64,000 nucleotides of DNA from a virus, in the IMG/VR virus record IMGVR_UViG_3300027792_000011. The stretch is one strand, 5' to 3'. Positions 26,846 through 37,184 of the stretch are shown here, one piece after another. A program made the position numbers and the translations under genes. Every line of letters begins with the position of its first letter. Within the stretch, counting starts at the first letter, position 1. The notes under the pieces were generated by a model, which saw only the letters and a program-made list of their open reading frames with translations, ran no database searches and was not told where the DNA came from.

Positions 26846-27502
26846 ATGGCCGTCGTACCGCGAAGGAAAGAGAACTTTGCGCTGGCGGCATGCCTATCGG
26901 CAGACGCAGTAGGTAACCTGGTCTACATTCGTGACGTCTTCAACGGTACTAGATACAGAGTAGCTTCCGTTGATCCATCCTCTTCTTTGAAGATGCCTGC
27001 TATAGGTGTGATCGTATCGAAGCAGACACCGACTGCGTGTACGATCATGTTCTATGGATTCTCTTCTCTGTACTCTAGTCTATCACCAGGTGGAACCTAC
27101 TATGCCGGGTTGGATAGCAGGCCGGCGCAAGTAAGTGATCCAAATTACCCACCAGTAGGGTCAGTAATCCAGCAGATTGGTGTAGCGACTGACGACGATG
27201 AGCTTCTGATTCGGCCGATGGATACTAGGTCAGGCGGAAGCGGAGCAGGGGCTCGAGTCTACCAGCAACTTCTCATTCCAACGCTAGATCCTAGGGTGTT
27301 TCAAACACCACTACCATTCATACATGGCGGCACAGATACGGAAGTCGTGGAGTACAACGGTCAGAGACTATTTTCTGGCTTGGGGAACGACTACACCATT
27401 TCTGAGTCTGGGGGTCCCGGTTCTGGCTATGATACAATCACATTAGAATTTACTCCGGCTACGGCATCGAACATGCTCGTAGACTTTGTACCAGATGTGT
27501 GA
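26846..27502 (+). CDS. Virion structural protein (decoration/fibre-like)
   Basis: Beta-rich; PAIGVIV...LSPGGTYY...QQIGVA pattern; C-terminal YNGQRL..G.DY. Confidence 0.5.
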   Translation: MAVVPRRKENFALAACLSADAVGNLVYIRDVFNGTRYRVASVDPSSSLKMPAIGVIVSKQTPTACTIMFYGFSSLYSSLSPGGTYYAGLDSRPAQVSDPNYPPVGSVIQQIGVATDDDELLIRPMDTRSGGSGAGARVYQQLLIPTLDPRVFQTPLPFIHGGTDTEVVEYNGQRLFSGLGNDYTISESGGPGSGYDTITLEFTPATASNMLVDFVPDV

Positions 27503-27529
27503 TCTGGACGGGAAAGAGGAGAGTATCGC

Positions 27530-29485
27530 ATGGGTAGGTCAATCTTCGATCAGGAAACTCAACTACGACCGTCAGATTCGTACGTTGACAACATCGCTGC
27601 CGGACAGGCGAATCTAGAAACGCCATCCACAGACATCCAGTTCGATCTCAATGCACTTAGATCTCAAATCAAGCGCATTCTAGATCACACTGCTGGTAAC
27701 TACTTCGATGATGTCTTTACGACCGCCACCGGGAAGAAGCGATCTCTCAAGACAGTCCACGTTGACCTAGATGATCTGGAAGAGAAGAGACTCGACTTCC
27801 GAACCAACATATACACGGACATCTCTGTCCCGGCTTCGGCAGCTGCCACTGATATTCTGACCCTTGGTGCAGCTCCAGTTGCAGCTGAGACTGTGACCAT
27901 CGATGGGAAGGTGTACACCTACGTTGCAGCTCTGACTCCGTTGGAAGGTGAAGTGCTGATCGAGCTCACAGCCTCTGATAGCATAGACAACCTCGTCAAC
28001 GCGATCATTCACGGTCCAGGTAGCGGTACCAAATACTCTTGTGCTCTAGCGCATTCAACAGTCACTGCCGCTGCCGGTGCTCTGGATACAATGGACGTGA
28101 CAGCGATCACACCCGGTACCAGTGGCAATCTCATCGCTGTTTCTGAGACGTTGGCCGGTGTAGGATCGGTGTGGACTACACCGACTCTTACTGGTGGTGC
28201 CGGTGATGTTGTCGTGCTTTCAGTAGCAAGCTCCGAAGCTCCTTCTGAGCATGGGGCCGTTGGTGGTGTGTCCACGAAGGGTGCAGTAGTCGCCTACAAC
28301 AGCAGCTTCCCGAACTGGAAGTTGTGTCTGGTTTCGGGACCGCACGCTCTTCGTCCGATGAACCTGTGCATCGTTAGGGACACAACCACAAGCGAAGTCA
28401 TTCTCAGTGGCGGCAAAGAGGTCTATGCGCTGCTCTGTTGTGAGGACGCAACCGACGACCAGACCTTTGACGATCTGACCAAGCAGGTCGAGCTTGTATT
28501 CGTCAAAGAGAACGCAGGTGGAACTGCTCTGGTGGTAGTCCCTGCAGTGGACATCGGGGGAAAGAGCATCAACTACTCCTATGTTCAGCGTATCGATCTT
28601 GATCACATTCCAGAGTGGGCGTTCTTGACTGAGGTATTCGTTGATCAGTCGGCCGCCACGGATGTGACCAGGCAAAACGCCTACACGTTCCAGGGTACTA
28701 CTCCTGTCGATGTCATCACCAACTCCGTCCTCGATATCCAGTCTGTTGGCAAGTATTGGCAGATCAGAGACAACAACGAAGACTCGCTCTTCAAGATCAC
28801 AGAGAACTCTACGGGCTCTGCGACCGACATCGAGGTTGGTACGGCAGTAGACACGTTCAACGTCAAAGCCGCTGCAAACGACTTCACAAAGCCGGTCACC
28901 GTAGATTCGAGTGGTGTTGATCTGCAACTCGGTGTCACAGCGATTGCCAACACTGCTACCATCGATACGCTCGGCGGTAACGATCTCCGCTTGATGGGTA
29001 CTCAAGAGCTGTACCTCGATGATGGCAATGCTCCTGTTGGTTGGAGCGACACGAACGGAATCAAGCTTTCCGACACTGCTGGAGAGTGGACTGACTTTGA
29101 AGCTGAGTTTGGTGAGGCGTCGATCCTGAGCGCCATCACTCAGGCAAAACGAGGCACCGAGAGGGCCAATGGCTGGGCGCACGTCATCACGGCTGACATT
29201 CCTGCGAGTACATTGATCACTGGCGCTGGAGTTGGAGCGAATATCAGTGCTCAACTTCCCAGCTACAAGGGCCTCTCGTTCATTGATGATGTGGAGCTCT
29301 TCGTCAATGGAGCTAAGCAACGACCTGGTGCCAATGCTGGAGCTTTGATGGACACTTATCCCAGTGCCGTTGTCGCAGAGCAGGCACAAGGTGCTTTCTA
29401 CGCTCTGTTCAAGTTGAAGGTTCGTGGCGGATCCAATCCACCGGACAACCTCAATATGGTTGTGTGGGGACAGCCAACTCCGTAA
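27530..29485 (+). CDS. Virion structural protein
   Basis: Beta-rich; TVTIDGKVYTY...NLVNAI...VTA..PG..GN...TLTGG module. Confidence 0.6.
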   Translation: MGRSIFDQETQLRPSDSYVDNIAAGQANLETPSTDIQFDLNALRSQIKRILDHTAGNYFDDVFTTATGKKRSLKTVHVDLDDLEEKRLDFRTNIYTDISVPASAAATDILTLGAAPVAAETVTIDGKVYTYVAALTPLEGEVLIELTASDSIDNLVNAIIHGPGSGTKYSCALAHSTVTAAAGALDTMDVTAITPGTSGNLIAVSETLAGVGSVWTTPTLTGGAGDVVVLSVASSEAPSEHGAVGGVSTKGAVVAYNSSFPNWKLCLVSGPHALRPMNLCIVRDTTTSEVILSGGKEVYALLCCEDATDDQTFDDLTKQVELVFVKENAGGTALVVVPAVDIGGKSINYSYVQRIDLDHIPEWAFLTEVFVDQSAATDVTRQNAYTFQGTTPVDVITNSVLDIQSVGKYWQIRDNNEDSLFKITENSTGSATDIEVGTAVDTFNVKAAANDFTKPVTVDSSGVDLQLGVTAIANTATIDTLGGNDLRLMGTQELYLDDGNAPVGWSDTNGIKLSDTAGEWTDFEAEFGEASILSAITQAKRGTERANGWAHVITADIPASTLITGAGVGANISAQLPSYKGLSFIDDVELFVNGAKQRPGANAGALMDTYPSAVVAEQAQGAFYALFKLKVRGGSNPPDNLNMVVWGQPTP

Positions 29486-29508
29486 TATCTCCCTAGAGGA
29501 GATCCTGT

Positions 29509-30132
29509 ATGAACCTAGATCAGTTCAAGGTAAGGGCCGCTCTCACTGAGGGTATCGGCCGCGACATGGAGAAGTCTCTGGAGGAAGCACAGATCGAAGT
29601 GATCAAATTCCAAGGTGCGTATGAGGCGCTGCTACAGATCAGAAAAGAATTGGGGGATAGGTCCGTGCTGGTGCGTGATGATCTGTTCAACGGAAAGATC
29701 GTCCTAGATAGAGACGATCCTATGGCTGTAGCCAAATATGTCGTAGGCAAGATACAGGAAATGGTGGCATTCGTTCACGAAAAAGCAGAGAACGCCAATC
29801 TGAGCGGAGTTGCTGCACAAGGTAAGGTGAATGGACTACTTCATGTCGTCAAGCACATGAAGGGCCTGTTCGATTCCGAGGTAAGTAGGATCAAAATGGT
29901 GGAGGCTCAGATAGCCTCCGGAGAGGTTGTAGTAGAGGATGGGGTGCTTGTGCACGTGAAGGGGGAGAGAGTACCGGGAGTTCATCCAGGACCAAGTCTG
30001 AAGCAAATACGAATGGAGGAAGAATGGGCCGCCCAGCCTGAGAAGTCCCAGCTTCCTCCATCCGAGCCGGAGAATATCGCCCAGTCAGAGAGTCCTGTCA
30101 AGAAGACAAGAGCGAAGCGTAGGAAGGTATAG
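29509..30132 (+). CDS. Hypothetical protein
   Basis: GAGGAG RBS. Confidence 0.7.
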   Translation: MNLDQFKVRAALTEGIGRDMEKSLEEAQIEVIKFQGAYEALLQIRKELGDRSVLVRDDLFNGKIVLDRDDPMAVAKYVVGKIQEMVAFVHEKAENANLSGVAAQGKVNGLLHVVKHMKGLFDSEVSRIKMVEAQIASGEVVVEDGVLVHVKGERVPGVHPGPSLKQIRMEEEWAAQPEKSQLPPSEPENIAQSESPVKKTRAKRRKV

Positions 30133-30136
30133 GATC

Positions 30137-30589
30137 ATGCCTCGATCTCCTGATGCTAGGGCTGGAGAGTTGCTCGAGGATGACGGAATCCTACTGGGAT
30201 CACAGGAGTCTGATCCTACTGATATAGGCGAATTCAGAAACGTCAATGGTGAGATTAGGATCAAGGACACAATAGGCGTCTACGATCCTCGTGCACTACG
30301 ATCTCTCATTCACTTCATAAGCGAAGGTCCTGCAGATGGATTTGCTTCAGGGACATACAAGGAGATCCTTCCTTCAGCCAATCCATTTCCGACGTCTGTG
30401 ATCTGGTGGGAATCTGCCGCTAAGCTCAAGAAGATCGTCGAGAAGACGCTCACCTACACTGGAGCATTTCCTACAACGATCGTTTGGAAGTCGTATGCAG
30501 CAGACGGAGTAACTGTGCTAGCAACTGTCTCTGATGCGATCTCGTACTCTGGTCACTTTGAGACTACTCGAACAAGGACGATAAGCTGA
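30137..30589 (+). CDS. Probable structural protein
   Basis: Beta-rich; operon context. Confidence 0.6.
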   Translation: MPRSPDARAGELLEDDGILLGSQESDPTDIGEFRNVNGEIRIKDTIGVYDPRALRSLIHFISEGPADGFASGTYKEILPSANPFPTSVIWWESAAKLKKIVEKTLTYTGAFPTTIVWKSYAADGVTVLATVSDAISYSGHFETTRTRTIS

Positions 30590-30596
30590 GGTAACT

Positions 30597-31301
30597 ATGT
30601 CACAAGATTCCCCAGCCGCCCTAATTTACGACGCAAGCAATGGTCCTGCTACGGTCAGGACTGATGGATCAGATAAGCGGCTTTGTGTTGAAGCGAAACT
30701 AGTAAGCGGTGGAGGCAATCAACAGGTACAGGTTTATGACGCAACGAATGGCCCTGCATCTGTAATAACGGACGGCTCGATAAAGCGCCTTGCCGTCTCT
30801 ACTGGCGCAGCATCCACTCTTACGACAACGGTGGACTTTCTTAGGCGATCATGGCCTGGTGGTGCCTATACGATGGCCGTGGATGGTTCCGTAACTCCGG
30901 TTGTGTTCTATTATCCAGCAGATGCTACGAGGGACATCAACCTAGTCTCGCTCACCTTTTCTTTTTCGACAGGAAACTTCGACTGGAATGGTGTCGGCTT
31001 TGGTGACGGAACAAGTCTAGCTAATGGCATTCTCATTGAGATAGTTGTGAACACTGGAACTACAATTGTACTAGGCACTGTCAACTTGAATGAAGACTTT
31101 ATGCGACTATCGTCGTTCAACGACATCACGCAGGCAGGCGTCACCGATCATCTTGACTCCGTATTTCAGTTCACAGGAAATATGCGATTGAAGGCTGGAA
31201 CTACGGATAGGGCAAGAGTGACTGTTCGAGATAATCTTACCTTGGCAGCAAGGGATGTGAAATATCTAACTGCAACATTCAAGGGGGAGTTGGTGGCGTA
31301 A
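30597..31301 (+). CDS. Probable structural protein with short N-terminal repeat
   Basis: YDA.NGPA.V.TDGS.KRL occurs twice. Confidence 0.6.
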   Translation: MSQDSPAALIYDASNGPATVRTDGSDKRLCVEAKLVSGGGNQQVQVYDATNGPASVITDGSIKRLAVSTGAASTLTTTVDFLRRSWPGGAYTMAVDGSVTPVVFYYPADATRDINLVSLTFSFSTGNFDWNGVGFGDGTSLANGILIEIVVNTGTTIVLGTVNLNEDFMRLSSFNDITQAGVTDHLDSVFQFTGNMRLKAGTTDRARVTVRDNLTLAARDVKYLTATFKGELVA

Positions 31302-31765
31302 TGGCTAAACATGTTATCAATATCGGAAACACGGGGGAAATTCCTGATGGAACGGCTCCTTTTGTACTAGGCGTAACTAGTGAGATGAGCCCAGGGCAGA
31401 CAATTGAAACGGTTTCTGATCCCATCCCCCTCGGTGAAATACTCAGGGTAGTGTTTGCTCGCGCCTCATGTCGGCCGTTACATGACGTAAACGGCGTAAA
31501 GAATGTTTTACTCGTTGAACTGCTTTATCGAGAGGTGTGGGAAAGCGAAACATATGACCATTTGTTCGGGAAATCATATCTAGAGCTAGATTGTTCAGCG
31601 GACTTTCCTGCAGAATCTCTATGTTGGGATACAACACCCATGATCGGAGATGGCGAAACAACAACGTTCGTTATTCGACGAACAGTATTTGGAAATGTGA
31701 GCAACCAGGATACAATGGTTGCGGTACGCGGTTACTTGGAAGACTATGAAGAGGAAGGAGAGTAG
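31301..31765 (+). CDS. Hypothetical protein, paralog of 31769..32164
   Basis: Shared ETVSDPI, C.PL, VE.L.RE, M.GDG..T.VIRR and VRG motifs. Confidence 0.65.
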   Translation: MAKHVINIGNTGEIPDGTAPFVLGVTSEMSPGQTIETVSDPIPLGEILRVVFARASCRPLHDVNGVKNVLLVELLYREVWESETYDHLFGKSYLELDCSADFPAESLCWDTTPMIGDGETTTFVIRRTVFGNVSNQDTMVAVRGYLEDYEEEGE

Positions 31766-31768
31766 ACA

Positions 31769-32164
31769 GTGGATAAAGGAAAAGAAGAAGAGTTTTGTCT
31801 ATCAATCCAGTCTGACATGTATCCTGAAAAGGATATATTCGAGACGGTATCTGATCCCATTCACAAAAATCACACGCTGCACTTGCATTCGCTAACGGTA
31901 GCGTGCGAGCCGTTGGCAAACGACTGCGTTCAGGTGGAGGTGCTGTGGCGTGAGACTATCAATTTGGAGGTGATTGACCATCCGGTAGATATTCCTGTGT
32001 GGACTCGCGAGTCAGTCATTCGTCCATATGAGAATCTGTCCACATGTCTCGACGGCACTTCGATGACGGGAGACGGCAAAAGCACACTCGTTATCCGCCG
32101 TCACGTTGAGGGCAGTGTCGGGCCACAAACGGTAGCAGTTGTTGTTCGCGGGCACCACTGCTAG
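31769..32164 (+). CDS. Hypothetical protein, paralog of 31301..31765
   Basis: Same shared motifs; AAGGAG RBS. Confidence 0.65.
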   Translation: MDKGKEEEFCLSIQSDMYPEKDIFETVSDPIHKNHTLHLHSLTVACEPLANDCVQVEVLWRETINLEVIDHPVDIPVWTRESVIRPYENLSTCLDGTSMTGDGKSTLVIRRHVEGSVGPQTVAVVVRGHHC

Positions 32165-32182
32165 AGAGGTTCTGGAAGATTT

Positions 32183-32353
32183 ATGATAACAATGGTTTTG
32201 GTTATCCTATTGATTCTAGCTATGTGCGGGGGAGGCTACGGCTGGAAAGCCGGTTGGGGATTCATGGGGTGGTCTCCAGTAGGCATCATTCTGCTCATAT
32301 GGTTTGTGTTGTGGTTTACGGGTTACATTCATCCGGGTCGCGGATTCAACTGA
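32183..32353 (+). CDS. 56-aa two-TM membrane protein, DUF3309-like (absent from ORF track)
   Basis: MITMVLVILLILAMCGGGYGWKAGWGFMGWSPVGIILLIWFVLWFTGYIHPGRGFN. Confidence 0.65.
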   Translation: MITMVLVILLILAMCGGGYGWKAGWGFMGWSPVGIILLIWFVLWFTGYIHPGRGFN

Positions 32354-32379
32354 TCTAGCGCAGCTAGAGGAGAAACGAT

Positions 32380-32715
32380 ATGGCGACATTTGAAAAGACG
32401 TGGGCAAATCGTGCAGCGCAAGTTGTGTACATGACAACGCAGGATCTCAGTCCGGCAGAGCCCCTTCCGGTTGACTCTACGCTGTCATTCACTATTCCTA
32501 GGAAATCCCCCGCTGTCATAACTGCGTTGTGGAATGGAGATCCGTCGGTCGCATACGGGTACGCGGTGACAGCTCCTCAAGGCGGAACTACAGAATACAA
32601 CCTTGATAACAATGGTGATCTTACGAGCTGTGCGAATGGCGCGGCATCCCAGGTTGACGGCATTCTTGGCAAGTTGGCGACGACATCCCGCAAGGCCACG
32701 GTCACGATACCGTAG
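32380..32715 (+). CDS. Hypothetical protein
   Basis: GAGGAG RBS. Confidence 0.7.
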   Translation: MATFEKTWANRAAQVVYMTTQDLSPAEPLPVDSTLSFTIPRKSPAVITALWNGDPSVAYGYAVTAPQGGTTEYNLDNNGDLTSCANGAASQVDGILGKLATTSRKATVTIP

Positions 32716-32753
32716 CACCCCTCCTTTCACCCGCTTAGAACGGGGTCAACAAC

Positions 32754-33014
32754 ATGGAAGAGAAATCTAATGGAGGGGACAGAACTGAACCCGATATGCT
32801 CTTCCTGATCTATCAGGAAGCATTGGAGCAGAGTAGAAGACTAGATCAATTCCAGGAACAGATGAAACAAGTTCAGGAGCAGATGAAACAGATCAGAGCC
32901 GATTTGAACAGCACCATATCGGCAATTAGGGTTCTAGGACTGCGACTTGGAATACTAGAAGAGAGCTTCACACCTATCCTCACATCCCCATCTTTTGGAG
33001 AGAATGATCAGTGA
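32754..33014 (+). CDS. Coiled-coil protein
   Basis: Tandem QEQMKQ heptads. Confidence 0.6.
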   Translation: MEEKSNGGDRTEPDMLFLIYQEALEQSRRLDQFQEQMKQVQEQMKQIRADLNSTISAIRVLGLRLGILEESFTPILTSPSFGENDQ

Positions 33015-33020
33015 TATAAT
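33012..33020 (+). promoter_or_regulatory. Extended -10 promoter
   Basis: TGATATAAT upstream of 33047. Confidence 0.45.
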
Positions 33021-33046
33021 AGAGATAGAAACAGAGAGGGGATCCT

Positions 33047-33730
33047 ATGGCGAGCACAAAGGTCCCGGACAAAGATTCATCTGATGAGATCACTCAGGTA
33101 ACTGATCAACGTAGCATGTACAAGAAGCTGGAGAAGCTTGATGGCTTGCTGCAGCGAACTATTCGACATGTTGGAATCATACCGGAGATCAAGACTAAGG
33201 TATACGCATCCAGCGAGAAGCTGATCGAGCTGAATACCATTGTCGTCGCTATGGATGAGCGTGTCGACAGGGTTGAACAGCGAATAGATCATGGCCATGA
33301 CTGCTACCAGGTAGATACCATCTCCAATGTCTCCGAGAGTAGCAAGCAGATAGCTGCTACTATCCACGACTATCTGGAGTCATCGATCAAAGCATCCGAG
33401 AAGGTCAAACGTATCGAGGATGATGTACGGGAGATCAAGGGTAATCGCAAGTGGCTGATCGGAGTCATAATCGGTTTACTCGTTCCTATGCTTGGATCAA
33501 TCGGTAGTGCTATCTGGTTGGCAGCCACTTTGAATGAAAGAGTCGAGACTCAAGAGGCTGTACGTAGACAGCAGATCGAGCGAGTGGAGAGCGTTGTTCG
33601 AGCATCGGATAGACGCCAGACTGAGGCATTGAAAGGCATCGATCTGCAATTGGAAAAGACGCTCACCGTTGTTCCTGATGGTAAGAGTGCTGGTATTATC
33701 TCTCGGAAGGCGGGTAAGCGTGTTCCATGA
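33047..33730 (+). CDS. Coiled-coil membrane protein
   Basis: TM WLIGVIIGLLVPMLGSIGSAIWLA flanked by coiled coils. Confidence 0.7.
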   Translation: MASTKVPDKDSSDEITQVTDQRSMYKKLEKLDGLLQRTIRHVGIIPEIKTKVYASSEKLIELNTIVVAMDERVDRVEQRIDHGHDCYQVDTISNVSESSKQIAATIHDYLESSIKASEKVKRIEDDVREIKGNRKWLIGVIIGLLVPMLGSIGSAIWLAATLNERVETQEAVRRQQIERVESVVRASDRRQTEALKGIDLQLEKTLTVVPDGKSAGIISRKAGKRVP

Positions 33731-34260
33731 CGATACCAGCGACAGTAGGCGATGCTGTAACTCTGGTTGAAGTGCTTCCTGATGGGAGTACTTATTTCTA
33801 CCCACAGGCAGAAGTGTATGCGCCAGGGGACACAGTGCCATTGGCTGTAGTCGACTTGGATCACCAAGTGAAAGGGCGATATGAGGGTAGTTGGACTCCC
33901 TCTTCTGTTGGGTCCTACACAGCCGTGTTCATCGTCTATGCTGACGCAGCAAGGACAGTAGAGAGCATCCTGTACACCAGAGAGGCGGAGCAGATATTCG
34001 TCACGTCGTCTGACGTTGATGATCTTGCCTCGATGCTGATCAGAGTACTCGGTCTAGTTCATGAGAATGTCTTCATCGACAACACTACCTACGATGCTAG
34101 TGCCATGCTACTGACGGCCCGCCTCAGAGTATTTGCGACGAAAGCTGAGGCGCAGGCGGCAACAGACGGCGGTAGCGAAGTGTCTAGAGAGACTTACACT
34201 GTTGATGCTGCGTACGAAGGCGCCGGCAAGATGCGGCAGTACAGGATGGTGAAGGACTGA
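33727..34260 (+). CDS. Structural protein, Ig-like
   Basis: GRYEGSWTPSSVGSYTAVF. Confidence 0.6.
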   Translation: MTIPATVGDAVTLVEVLPDGSTYFYPQAEVYAPGDTVPLAVVDLDHQVKGRYEGSWTPSSVGSYTAVFIVYADAARTVESILYTREAEQIFVTSSDVDDLASMLIRVLGLVHENVFIDNTTYDASAMLLTARLRVFATKAEAQAATDGGSEVSRETYTVDAAYEGAGKMRQYRMVKD

Positions 34261-34565
34261 TGCCTACTTGCGGAATGGCCATCGTTACTCGTGGGATGAC
34301 CTACCCCCCGTATGGGAGTCCGACCCCCACTCTGTGTGAGAAGCCCGTGGTGCACGCAGTGGTGGAAGTCAGACCCCAGATACGAATGGTAACTGCTCCA
34401 GCTGCAGAAGGTCCAGTAGGAGCTCCATCAGTCATAGCGGCATCCGCATTGAAGCCTCAGATCGTAAGTACAAGACCTCCGTATACCAACACTGGTCAAG
34501 ATATTCCTACTGTAGTGTCTACAGACGATCTACGTCCACGAATTGTGGATACTGAGGAAGAGTAA
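34260..34565 (+). CDS. Hypothetical protein
   Basis: Translational coupling. Confidence 0.55.
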   Translation: MPTCGMAIVTRGMTYPPYGSPTPTLCEKPVVHAVVEVRPQIRMVTAPAAEGPVGAPSVIAASALKPQIVSTRPPYTNTGQDIPTVVSTDDLRPRIVDTEEE

Positions 34566-35500
34566 TGGCCGTCATCAAACTCAAGACCTACGTGGCCAAT
34601 CTGTCCAATGTTCTCAGTCTCTTCGATAAGATGCAAATGTGGCGATCAGAGACTGGAATACTTGGAACGTATTTCGAGATCACTGCTGCCGTTGTGACTC
34701 CGGCAACTCTTCTCGGAACGCAAACCTCTCCGTTCACTTTGAATGGTAAGACGCTCAAGCTGAAGGTCAATCAAGGATCGGAGCAGTCAATCACCATCGT
34801 CAGTGCCGATCCGATAGGCATAGACGATCTGGTGAACTTCCTGAACACAGAGCTTTTGGAGGCGATTGCTTCAGAAGATGGTGGCGCTCTCAGATTGACA
34901 ACTGTCGTCTCTGGAACTGTATCTGTCCTCGAGATCACGGGCGGAACAGTCCTAACGGACCTTGGTTTTACTGTTGGACAGATCGATAACGGAGAAGATC
35001 TACGTATAACACTGTCCCCATCGTCTACGTCGTATGAGTACGACGATCAGAGCGGTGATCCAGATAACTACTACAAGGTTCGGTACTACAATAGCATCAC
35101 AGGAGCATTCTCTAGTTTCAGCGATCCAGTGAAGGGAGACATTGGATCAATTGTTCCCCCTACCGATCTTGTGAAGGCGTATGGTACGTTTGCTAAGCTA
35201 GACGGCAAGCCTCAAGTAGGAACTGCGGTCATTTTCTACAACGTCTACATGCCCCCGTTGTACGTTGGAGATATTGGAATCATTGGCCGGGAGATTCGTG
35301 TAGAGACTGATCAAGCAGGGTATCTCGAGACGATGCTCGTCAAGGGATCCATTGTAGATGTGATCATTTCTGGAACTGGTATTATCAGACGGATACGAGT
35401 TCCAACTTCGGACTTCAATATCATGGGAGCAGTAGCGACGGCAGATGACAGCTTCCAGATTCAGGTGCCTAACATACCTGCTGCAGTTAGGAGATCGTGA
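34565..35500 (+). CDS. Structural protein
   Basis: Beta-rich; Fn3-like YYKVRYYN...S.FSDP. Confidence 0.6.
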   Translation: MAVIKLKTYVANLSNVLSLFDKMQMWRSETGILGTYFEITAAVVTPATLLGTQTSPFTLNGKTLKLKVNQGSEQSITIVSADPIGIDDLVNFLNTELLEAIASEDGGALRLTTVVSGTVSVLEITGGTVLTDLGFTVGQIDNGEDLRITLSPSSTSYEYDDQSGDPDNYYKVRYYNSITGAFSSFSDPVKGDIGSIVPPTDLVKAYGTFAKLDGKPQVGTAVIFYNVYMPPLYVGDIGIIGREIRVETDQAGYLETMLVKGSIVDVIISGTGIIRRIRVPTSDFNIMGAVATADDSFQIQVPNIPAAVRRS

Positions 35501-35826
35501 TGGCCGTTCCTGTTAGAGGAGTTCCGATCGGTGCCCTATTTGCTATGGCTCGAATGGTAGCTCGTAGGGAAAAGCTGCAGGAGTACCGCCTTGCAACGTT
35601 AGAAGCGGCACGTGCACAAAGAGCAGAGATCGAGGAGGGAGCGCGAGAGGCTAGTCTGGATAGGATGCGCGAGATCAGCAATGCTCAAATGGTATCGCAC
35701 ATTACAGGAAGCGAAATACCAGCAGGAATCATGGTGCCACGAGGGGCTGGAGTCTCGAGGTCATCCGTGTCACCATTTGTCCCACAGTTGGTTGCATCGC
35801 CAACAGCGATGGCAATCCAGAAGTAG
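35497..35826 (+). CDS. Hypothetical protein
   Basis: AGGAG RBS. Confidence 0.55.
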   Translation: MMAVPVRGVPIGALFAMARMVARREKLQEYRLATLEAARAQRAEIEEGAREASLDRMREISNAQMVSHITGSEIPAGIMVPRGAGVSRSSVSPFVPQLVASPTAMAIQK

Positions 35827-35834
35827 GGAAGAAC

Positions 35835-36788
35835 ATGGCAGCCCCCGAGACAATTTGTGTCTATGCGAAGGACGAGAATGATGATCCGCTTGTTGGAGTT
35901 CTAGTCAGATTCTTTGATGGATCGGACAACTTCATAACACAGCAGATCACATCACTAGTAGGCGTTGAGGCCTATGCAGAGGTTACTCTCGATGGGGATA
36001 GCCCCTCAATTGAATACACGATCAGATTGAGTAAGATCGGCGTTTCATTCGACGGTACTCTTGGCAATGACAGCAAGACGCCTCAGTCGATCGATGTCTA
36101 CTCACCACCGTCGCTATCACCGACAGGAACAAACAACTTTGAGGTGCAGGGTCAAACATACTCTAGGCCAGCTGCAACTGATCCGCGTACATGCAGATGC
36201 TCTGGGTACTTTGTTGATCACCGAGGTCAGCCTCTCAGGAATCTTGAGATGCACTTCATTGCACTGTGCCTGAACGACGGTCAGTCTCCATGGAATCCAC
36301 TGATCGTTGATGGAAAAGGTGTGCTCAGTACGAAGATCTATTCCAAGACCGACTCACGTGGTTACATGGAGATTGATCTCTTCCGTACAGGTGTCTATCA
36401 GGTATTGGTGCAGGGTATAGAGACATCCAATCGTGTGGTGAAAGTTCCAGATGCTCCTGGAGTGAACATCGTTGATCTGCTGTTCCCGGTTGTAGAAGAG
36501 GTAACTTTCTCGACCAATCCAGTAACTATTCCTCGGAGCACTTACATTGATCTTGATGTGAGTGTTGTGGCTACTGATGGGCAGGTATTGCTACTCTCCG
36601 GCAGTGATGTCATCTTCGAGAGCCAGAATCTTGGTGTTGCCATCGTGCAGATCGTTGACAACAAGCTACGAATTATGGGAACAGGTGTGGGGACGACTAC
36701 AGTGACGGCAAGGAGAGCGGACACCAGTACAGTCACTATCCCCACGCAGCCAGTGATGTACATTCCGCTTTCGGTGACAGTAAGTTGA
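35835..36788 (+). CDS. Structural protein with Ig-like domains
   Basis: Prealbumin-like and Big2-like patterns (VIFES.N.GVA.V...G.G.GTTTVTA). Confidence 0.6.
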   Translation: MAAPETICVYAKDENDDPLVGVLVRFFDGSDNFITQQITSLVGVEAYAEVTLDGDSPSIEYTIRLSKIGVSFDGTLGNDSKTPQSIDVYSPPSLSPTGTNNFEVQGQTYSRPAATDPRTCRCSGYFVDHRGQPLRNLEMHFIALCLNDGQSPWNPLIVDGKGVLSTKIYSKTDSRGYMEIDLFRTGVYQVLVQGIETSNRVVKVPDAPGVNIVDLLFPVVEEVTFSTNPVTIPRSTYIDLDVSVVATDGQVLLLSGSDVIFESQNLGVAIVQIVDNKLRIMGTGVGTTTVTARRADTSTVTIPTQPVMYIPLSVTVS

Positions 36789-36794
36789 TCTATA

Positions 36795-37184
36795 ATGGAT
36801 ATGGCAGAGGATTATCTGAAGAGGCAGGCAGAGCAGGAAGCAGTCAAGAGCCTCTGCCGAAGCCTAATCGTTAGAGCCCTACGCGACTACGTAACCTACA
36901 AAAAAGCGAACAAGTCCGGTGAGCATAAGCTTTTCTCTGAAGCTAGCGAGTGGATCTTCAACGGATACCAGATCGATCCACTACCGCATACAGATCCAAT
37001 AGTCATAAAAGGGTCTCTGTCTCAAGATGAAGCACGTAAAGAGCTTTTAGAGCTTGATAGGCTCATGAGCTTCGAGTCTGTTTGTGCTATCCTCGGGTGG
37101 GATGCCAATCTGGTACGTAAACGAGTGAAGGTGCTAACTCAGGCTGACCTTGATCGAATTGGGCCGAGTCTGATGGACTTGTGA
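36795..37184 (+). CDS. Hypothetical helical protein, possibly DNA-binding
   Basis: IVRALRDY...A.EWIF...SFESVCAILG.D pattern. Confidence 0.6.
   Translation: MDMAEDYLKRQAEQEAVKSLCRSLIVRALRDYVTYKKANKSGEHKLFSEASEWIFNGYQIDPLPHTDPIVIKGSLSQDEARKELLELDRLMSFESVCAILGWDANLVRKRVKVLTQADLDRIGPSLMDL

Noticed and set aside
28220-29389. 389-aa minus-strand ORF
   Set aside because: Antisense shadow of structural gene 27530..29485
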